Shown in pieces: positions 48,278 to 55,532 of a stretch of 55,532 nucleotides of DNA. Below the pieces are notes generated by a model that was not told the origin of the DNA, ran no database searches, and was given only the letters and a program-made list of their open reading frames with translations. A program made the translations under genes and the position numbers. Source of the DNA: Chiloscyllium plagiosum (Eukaryota); the NCBI RefSeq assembly GCF_004010195.1, contig NC_057754.1, forward strand, positions 3,547,800 through 3,603,331, written 5' to 3'. How positions within the stretch are numbered: the stretch's first letter is position 1; each line of letters starts with the position of its first letter.

Positions 48278-48729
48278 AATAAAAACCTCCCAGTCCTCTG
48301 CGGTCCCGACCTTCAAATTTAAAAAGAAATTGCATGAGCAGAAGGAAAGATAGAAAGAGCTGGAAGAGTGTTTTGGCATTATTTTTACGGTTTAATTTTA
48401 GTAAAACGCGAAATAAAAAGTTGGGAGAAAGAAAAGACTTTTTTTTTAAAAAAGAGAGGGACGATCCATGCTCTCACCTGACCAGAATTTTTGGGTTTCT
48501 CACCAACAGAGGTAACCTCACTTGCGCGGGGTGGGTTGTGTTGTTGAAATCTGTGCGAATCCTAATCTGTGGCTGTTCCACCTGTCTGTTCCTTGGTTTG
48601 TCGTGGCTCCCCTCTGCTCTTGCAGTCAGTGAGATGCGTTAGTGTTTTTTTTTGAGAGGGAGGTGGGGTGTGCGGGCGAATGTTCGCGGGGTGGTGGTGG
48701 CTGAAATTGTCCATCTGGCTCTAAATAAA
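48278..48729 (+). terminator. Candidate DRAP1 polyadenylation signals
   Basis: AATAAA at 48278, 48412 and 48724 in a TE-poor 3' region; the site used is unknown. Confidence 0.5.
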
Positions 48730-49249
48730 GGCATTTTTAAGGGGACGTGGAGAGTTCCTTTAGTCTCCTGGCCGTTCCTGCGTCGGGATTGCTCGAGTAT
48801 TGCCAGGCAAAGGCACCCATCTCTCCCCTCTAACACTGGCCCAGACAATTCTCATGGCGACATTTTATCAAGCGCGCAAGAAGAGTGCTGATCGGCTGGC
48901 AAGTGGACTTCGGTGACCAGAGGGCACGCACCAGTTAAGTGACGACTGACAGTTAAGTGCCAAGCTTTGAGACCAAAAGAAGGACGAGTGTTTGTAGGCC
49001 ATTCAGCCCGTAGAGTCCGACCCCACCGTTGAAAGAGATCACAGTGGATCTGATAATCCTTAACTGCACTTCCCTGCCTTTTCCCATTACACTTGATTTC
49101 CACACTGATTACAAATGTCTGTCTCAACCTTCAATATAGTCAATGCCCCAGCCTCGCCAGCTCTCTGCAGTAAGGTAGTCCCCCGATCTGTTCTCCTCAG
49201 GGACAGGACATTTTTGCACATTTGTTATTGTATGCAGTAGCGAAGCTAT

Positions 49250-49782
49250 TCAGCAGAGAAACAGACTCTTTGGGCCAACTTGTCTATACCAACCAGATAT
49301 CCTAAGTTAATCCAGTCCCGTTTGCCAGCACTTGGCCCATATCCCTCTAAACCCCTCCTATTCATGTCCTCATCCAGATGCCTTTTAAATGTTGTCATTG
49401 TACCAGCCTCTGCCACTTCCTCTGGTGGCTCATTCCCAGCATACACCACTCTCTGCATGTAAAAGTTGCCCCTTAGGTCTCCTTTAAGCTTTTCTCACTT
49501 TTGAACCGATGCCCTCCAGTTCTGGATTCATCTCCCCTCGAGAAAAGACCTTGGCTATTCACCCTATCCATGCCCCTCATGATTTTATAAACCTCTACAA
49601 GGTCACCCCTCAGCCTCCGACACTCCAGGGAGAACAGCCCCAGCCTGTTCCGCCTCTCCGTGTAGCTCAAAACCTCCAGCCCTGGCCACGTTCTTGTAAA
49701 TCTTTTCTGAACCCTTTCAAGTTTCACAACATCCTTCCCAGCAGCAGGAAGACCAGAATTGAACGCAATATTCCAAAAGTGC
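49250..49782 (-). mobile_element. CR1/HER1-like 3' fragment
   Basis: KDVVKLERVQKRFTR..LRGDLVEVYKIMRG. Confidence 0.85.
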
Positions 49783-50033
49783 AGCATGCGTGAATTCCTG
49801 ATTTACATTGGGAGTGGGGGATGATTTAGCTGCAGCTATACGATAGGTTGATTCAGGTTCAGCTGTACGCCACCTGTCCCACCCTATGTCCAACATGGAT
49901 CCCACAGTCATGATTAAACGAGAGATGTAGTTCATCCTGTCAGCGTTGTACCACACAGCAGGAAGCCGTCACAGAGTACAGAAACACAGCCTTTGGCCCA
50001 AACAGACCATGTCGACCATAATCCCAAACTAAA

Positions 50034-50401
50034 CTAGACCCACTGGCCCATATCCCTCCAAACCCTTTCCTGTTCACTCCTGGAATGTCCCGCAGTTGAA
50101 CAAGAGAAAGAAAAGGCATTAGAGAAGCAAGCCATTTGGCCCGACGTGTCCGTGGCGTGCATTTGCCTTAGAGAGATGTTTGGAATGTGTCGGTTTTCGG
50201 GGTGCGTATCCCCCCACAAAGGTGGGGGCAGCGTTCTGTGGGGCGGAAGTCCTTTCAGGTGACCGGGCAGATGTGACGCTCCGGCAGGGCGGACGTGTGG
50301 GGTGAAGATGGCGGCAGGGAGGAGCCTCAGGTCCAGGATGGTGCTCGGCAGCGTCACCATCCCCATGCCCCTCCTCTGGACGAGGATGGCCAGCGCCAGT
50401 C
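50034..50401 (-). CDS. Candidate orphan exon of an unidentified gene (3' boundary uncertain)
   Basis: CAG at 50404-50402, then LALAILVQRRGMGMVTLPSTILDLRLLPAAIF with nearly all G/C third positions. No family recognised. Confidence 0.35.
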
Positions 50402-52244
50402 CTGCACGGCTTCGAGTTGGTGGATGTCAACTCCAAGAAGTGGGCAGTCGGTGAGTTTAACTGATGGAACGACGTCATCCATTTGACCAAATTCCTGGTT
50501 CTGTGGGAGCTTGATCACACACAGTCAGGCTGCTTCTATTGTTCTAAATCTGTTTTTTTTTTTAAAAAACACACACAGCTTTGTGAGTTGTTTATCTTTT
50601 CATAGACTGCTCAGAACCTGTGCCCCAATCTCTCTGTAAACGAAACCAGGCCAAAATCCACTTCTCCCCTTTAAAAAAAGTGCCAAAGATGGCTTAATTT
50701 TTAAAAACCCTTACTCTTATTCTATCTGAACTAAATACATATACATTACATTGACTCTAAGCATGCAAACATTTACTCCTGAAGTCTGTTTACTCCTGCC
50801 ACTGAATGCTTCTATCTTTCTTCTTCAGAGTCATGGCAATGCGTTGAAAATTACGTCCTTTTGTCCTGCCACATGTAATTTTCAAATTGAATGGCTGCTG
50901 TAATAAACTCCATCTGAACAGTCTGGAATTTTTGTCCTTAGATTTCTCCAAGGGTTGTGATCAGTCTGTACAATTGTTTCAGACACATTTGCTGGCAATA
51001 CAAGTTTTGAAATGTAACACCACCCTCCTCCTCAACTGTGGAATGTTTCTGTTGATGAATATTCAATTTTCTAGAAAAATACCCAATAGGCCTTTCTATT
51101 TTCTCCTTGTCATCCAACACCCACATCGCTCACATTGATAGCCACCTTGAATGGCTTTGTGTACTTAGGTGAGCCAGTGGTCAACAGCTTTCAGTCAAAT
51201 GCCTTCTGACCTCCGTCCACTGAAATTTTCTGCACTTCAATGAATCAGTCAGTGGAGCAACCACACAGCTAGAATTCAGTACAAACTTGCAATAAAAGCA
51301 CTCATTCCCAGGATTCTTTGTTGATGGTATGGGAAACTCCCCAATTAGCTTTGTTTTCACATCGCACGCAGCCATCTGTCCATGTCCAATGACATGGCCT
51401 AGAAACGTGACTTGGGCTTTTGCAAACTCACTCTTAGCCAGGTTTATCATCAAGCCTCTTCCCTGAAATTGGGTAGAACATTTCCAGCAGATGTTACAAA
51501 CGTTCCTTCCACGTGTAACTAAAAATCACCAGGTCATGAATGTACACCACATGGTTAGGTAATCCGGAACAACTCTGTTGGTTAATCTTTGAAATGTACC
51601 TGGTGCATTTTTCATACCAAATGGCATGACTCTAAATCAGTGTCTCAAAAATCAAAATTGTCTTTGCTCTTTCAGATGAACTTACCTACCAGTATCCTCT
51701 AATTAAGACCAACTCAGAAATATAAGTTGCTAATCCCGTCGTCTTAATACAGTTTCCCAGATGTGGAATCAGATATGAATCGAACTTTGTAACTGGATTG
51801 ACTTTACGATAGTTCGCGCATAATCATGGGGACCATCTGATGTTTGGAACAGTTACAATGGATGGGCTCCATTTGCTGTACTTCGATTTTGTTGTCTTTG
51901 AACACGCGTTCAAGCTTCTTTTGAACCTGTGCCAACTTTAGAGGGTTACGTCTATAAGGATGTTGCTTAATTGGAACAGCATTTCTTACATTTATGCCAT
52001 GTGTAATTAGATTAGTGCTTGCCACCTTATTCTCACATATCTCTCCATATGATTGCCATAACTCTTTCAGTTAATTTCGACTTTCATCTGGAAGGAAATG
52101 CAACAGTTTATCCCAATTTTGAGAACTTCCTCATTGTCAGATTTAATTTGAGGAATGTCCAATTCAGAGTCCTCTGAACTTGGTTCTTCACCAAGTTTGT
52201 AACCAGCAACACATTCTCCATTTGCTTTCCTTCTCTACCAAAAT

Positions 52245-53022
52245 GAATGAGAGGTGCTGCATTTTGGGAAAGCAAATCTTAGCAGGACTTATACACTTAA
52301 TGGTAAGATCCTAGGGAGTGTTGCTGAACAAAGAGACCTTGGAGTGCAGGTTCATTGCTCATTGAAAGTGGAGTCGCAGGTAGATAGGAGAGTGAAGAAG
52401 GGGTTTGATATGCTTTCCTTTATTGGTCAGAGTATTGAGTACAGGAGTTGGGAGGTCATGTTACGACTGTATAAGACATTGGTTAGGCCACTTTTGGAAT
52501 ATTGCATGCAATTCTGGTCTCCTTCCTATCAGAAAAATGTTGTGAAATTGGAAAGAGTTCAGAAAAGATTTACAAGGATGTTGCCAGGGTTGGAGGATTT
52601 GAGCCATAAGGAGAGGTTGAATAGGCTGGGGCTGTTTTCCCTGGAGTATCGGAGGCTGAAGGGTCACCTTATAGAGGTTCATAAAATCATGAGGGGCATG
52701 GATAGGATAAATAGGCAAAGTCTCTTCCCTGGGGTCAGGGAGTCCAGAACTGGAAGGCATAGTTTAGGGTGAGAGGGGAAAAATATAAAAGGGACCTAAG
52801 GGGCAACTTTTTCCACACAGAGGGTGGTACGTATATGGGATGAGCTGTCTGGGGAAGTGGTGGAGGCTAATACAATTGCAACATTTAAAAGGCATCCAGA
52901 TGGGTATATAAATAGGAAGGGTTTGGGGGGATATGGGCCGGGTGTTAGCAGGTGGGACTGGTCGGCATAGACAGGTAGGACTGAAGGGTCTGTTTCCATG
53001 CTGTGTACATCTCTATGACTCT
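52245..53022 (+). mobile_element. CR1/HER1-like 3' fragment inserted between INT and RT of the Gypsy element
   Basis: ORF 52254-52772 LHFGKAN..ERDLGV..LEYCMQFWSP..KRFTRMLPGL with ATCTCTATGACTCT tail. Confidence 0.9.
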
Positions 53023-53831
53023 GTGAAATTTCTTCCTGTCTATGTTCTTATCAAATAATTCTCCTCACTCAGTTTCCTTTCAATTTGATAAGGTCCAATA
53101 AACCTTGCTTTTAAAGATTCACCTACCATTGGAAATAACACTAACACTATAGTTCCACAAGCAAAATTGCAGATTTTTGATTTCTTGTCTATTCCCTGTT
53201 TCATCACATACAGTGCGACTTTCAAATGGTGTCTAGCCAACTTCTACGCTCTATCTTTCCCTAAAATTTGACACATCTGCCAACTGTATGGTCTCTGCAC
53301 TCTGACTCGCCAATTTCTCCTTAATTAATTTCAGCGGTCTTTGTGTCCAAAAACTCTTTTAAATGGACTGAATTTGATAGATTAATTAGGTGCATCCCTA
53401 ATTGCAAAAAATCCAAATGGAATTCCTTTATCCCAATCCTTCGGATAGTCTTGACTATAAGCCCTCAATATGGTATTTAAAGTTTGATGCCACTATTCTA
53501 ACGCTCCGTGTGATTCTGGGTGGTATGCAGTGGATTTGAATTGTTTTATTTGTAAGCTATCCAGAACCACTTAAATAGCTTTGATGTAAAATTTGACCCT
53601 TGATCTGATTTGTATTTCTGTGGGTAGTCCATATCTCATTAAAAAAATTGACTAAGTCTTCTACAATCCTGTGATACTGCATAATAGAATGCACTCAGAA
53701 AGTCTAGTAGACATATCTATTATGGTCAATAAATACTGATTCCCACTTTTCTGTTTTAGGTAGGGATCCTACACAACCAATTAAGACTCAAATTGAGTAA
53801 TGGCTATTAAAAGTGCTGGTTTTATTGCTGG

Positions 53832-54340
53832 CAACGATATCTCCTGTTCCACCTGGGCAGCTTACAGCCTGGAAATGTGTTGCTGGAAAAGCGCAGCAGG
53901 TCAGGCAGCATCTAGGGAACAGGAGAATCGAGAGGGGAAGTGAGGAAACTGGTGAAATCCGAGTTCATCCCTTGTGGTTGGAGGGTTCCTAGCCGGAAGA
54001 TGAGGCGTTCTTCCTCCAACCATCGTTACAGCCTGGAGGATTCAACATTGACTTCTCCAATTTCAAATAACTTCCCTTCAATTCCCAGCTACCTACCAGA
54101 TTTATTTCTCCCATTGACCAACCAGATCGTACCCTCTGCCTCTCCTCACCTATCCCCACTTCACCACCCTGCCCACACCAGATCCTTTATCTGAAGCTCC
54201 TCCTACACCCAGCCCCCACTCCTGAAGAAGGGTTTTACCCGAAACATTGACTATTCCACCTCCTGATGCTGCCTGGCTTGCTGTGTTCTTCCGGCCTCCT
54301 GCCTGTTTACTTTGGATTTGAGCTCTGCAGTTTATTATTT
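53832..54340. mobile_element. Neptune-type PLE fragment (+) containing a second PLE fragment (-)
   Basis: Plus LLFHLGSLQPG..FNIDFSNFK*; minus LEEERLIFRLGTLQPQGMNSDFTSF; TTACAGCCTGGA duplicated at 53862 and 54026. Confidence 0.75.
54218..54252 (+). ncRNA. Minimal hammerhead ribozyme motif
   Basis: ACTC CTGAAGA A GGGT TTT ACCC GAAAC ATT GACT; core intact, stem III side altered. Confidence 0.55.
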
Positions 54341-54357
54341 GTCTCTAATGAGGTTGT

Positions 54358-54554
54358 TCTCCGAGGAGAAAGTGAGGACTGCAGATGCTGGAGATCAGAG
54401 CTGAAAATGTGTTGCTGGAAAAGCGCAGCAGGTCAGGCAGCATCCTCCAACCCTGGCAACCCTTCCTGAAGAAGGGCTCATGCCCGAAACATCGATTCTC
54501 CTGCTCCTTGGATGCTGCCTGACCTGCTGCGCTTTTCCAGCAACACATTTTCCG
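54358..54554. mobile_element. Fold-back PLE-terminus element with hammerhead, flanked by a 15-bp direct repeat
   Basis: Arm AAAATGTGTTGCTGGAAAAGCGCAGCAGGTCAGGCAGCATCC and its exact reverse complement; CTCTAATGAGGTTGT at 54343 and 54555. Confidence 0.75.
54462..54497 (+). ncRNA. Minimal hammerhead ribozyme motif (best-preserved core)
   Basis: CTTC CTGAAGA A GGGC TCAT GCCC GAAAC ATC GATT; GUC changed to AUC, consistent with CpG decay. Confidence 0.62.
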
Positions 54555-54892
54555 CTCTAATGAGGTTGTCTCTAGTTACCTGACACATAATGATATGTAT
54601 GGTAAAGTTTAACTACATCCTTATGCAGTCCAGGCCAATAAAAATGTTTTTGAGTTTGGCTTGAGTTTCTCTTGCACCTAAATGAACTCCTTTTGGTAAT
54701 TCATAGGCTACCTGCAACAACTCCTTTCTACAGCCCACTGGTGATACAACTTGGTGAACTTCTGCCCCTTTCTCATCTGCCTGAATATGTGGTGGTCTCT
54801 CTTTCCTCTTCAAGGTGTCATTTTTAAGATAGTAACATCCTGGGAGACACCCCAATTCTTCTTCTGTTTACGCTTTTTGAGACAACTACTTC

Positions 54893-54995
54893 GGTTCTGA
54901 GGAAGGGTCATTGGACTCCAAAATATTAACTTTGTTTTCCCTTCACAGATGCTGCCAGATCTGCTGAGCTTTTCCAGCAACTTCTGATTTTATGT
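54893..54995 (+). mobile_element. PLE terminus with degenerate hammerhead
   Basis: GGTT CTGAGGA A GGGTC ATTG GACTCC AAAAT ATT AACT..GATGCTGCCAGATCTGCTGAGCTTTTCCAGC. Confidence 0.6.
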
Positions 54996-55274
54996 TTAGG
55001 GTTTTTCATTTTTCTGTTGTCGTTTTTTCTTAACTAAAAACATCCACTTGGTCCTCCATCTGTTATTTTTACTTGAACTTTTGATCAGTCTCTGACAAAT
55101 GATCTTCAATTTCCTTCTCTTTATTCTTTGACTTCTCCTCCTGCTTCAACATGTGGTTTTTTGACTTTGTTATTACAGAGTCAGTAAAAATCCCGGGATA
55201 TACTTCGTGGAACAAGTCAGTAGCCTGATTTCCCAATGGCGTTTTAACTATAGGAGGGAGTACTTCCATCTGGC

Positions 55275-55532
55275 AGTGTTTGATGGGGGGGACACTGTAG
55301 AGGAAGTTTTACTCTGTATCTAACCCCGTGCTGTCCCTGTCCTGGGGAGTGTTTGATGGGGGACAGTGTAGAGAGAGCTTTACTCTGTATCTAACCCCGT
55401 GCTGAACCTGTCCTGGGGAGTGTTTGATGGGGACAGTGTAGAGGGAGCTTCACTCTGTATCTAACCCCGTGCTGTCCCTGTTCTGGGGAGTGTTTGATGG
55501 TGTAGAGGCAGCTTTACTCTGTATCTAACCCC
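55275..55532 (+). repeat. 70-bp minisatellite family A, array 5 (runs off the window)
   Basis: Same unit as arrays 1-4. Confidence 0.95.

Larger units (their letters stand above)
50490..55270 (-). mobile_element. Decayed Gmr1-like Ty3/Gypsy LTR retrotransposon (INT-RT-RH order)
   Basis: Along the minus strand: integrase Zn region (54855-54590), core SGNQYLLTIIDMSTR and STAYHPESHGALE (53750-53490), GPY motif (53100), RT PIKQHPYR, VMPFGMKNAPGTFQR, VYIHD, TFLGH (51980-51390), RNase H RPIGYFSRKL (51090), PPT AAAGGGGAGAAG (50672-50661) then TG. Many stops and frameshifts. Confidence 0.88.

Noticed and set aside
50308..50450. Plus-strand first exon (ATGGCGGCA to GTGAGT)
   Set aside because: Downgraded rather than excluded: codon bias collapses over the last 17 codons, and no downstream plus exon is visible in the remaining 5 kb.
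52254..52772. 172-aa ORF as a host gene
   Set aside because: It is the CR1 ORF2 C-terminus, repeated many times in this window.
21027..54497. Claim that any hammerhead copy is catalytically active as it stands
   Set aside because: Every copy has at least one substitution in the core, stem III or cleavage triplet; activity cannot be asserted from sequence.

Overview
Vertebrate genomic DNA, almost certainly an elasmobranch (shark): it carries HE1-type V-SINEs, CR1/HER1-type LINE fragments and shark-style minisatellites. Two spliced genes lie on the + strand. (1) Sixteen phase-consistent exons (435-30087, 740 codons) encode an MRCK kinase, best matching CDC42BPG/MRCK-gamma, from kinase subdomain VIII to the end of the coiled coil. 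No C1/PH/CNH/CRIB exons are visible. (2) DRAP1/NC2-alpha exons 2-7 (35828-47884) include a textbook U12-type intron; exon 1 is not visible. The two partial genes meet across an exactly 500-N gap, probably a scaffolding join, yet could be spliced in frame. The right end holds a decayed Gmr1-like Gypsy element (integrase upstream of RT) with nested insertions. The most notable hidden signal is a set of about nine minimal hammerhead-ribozyme motifs in Penelope-like (PLE) termini, several arranged as short head-to-head fold-back elements, one flanked by a 15-bp direct repeat. No copy is fully intact. Also notable are a SINE whose internal 53-bp TTAGGG-containing segment is amplified about 45-fold, five co-oriented 70-bp arrays, and a possible orphan minus-strand exon. 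All homology calls come from motif recognition, not database searches.
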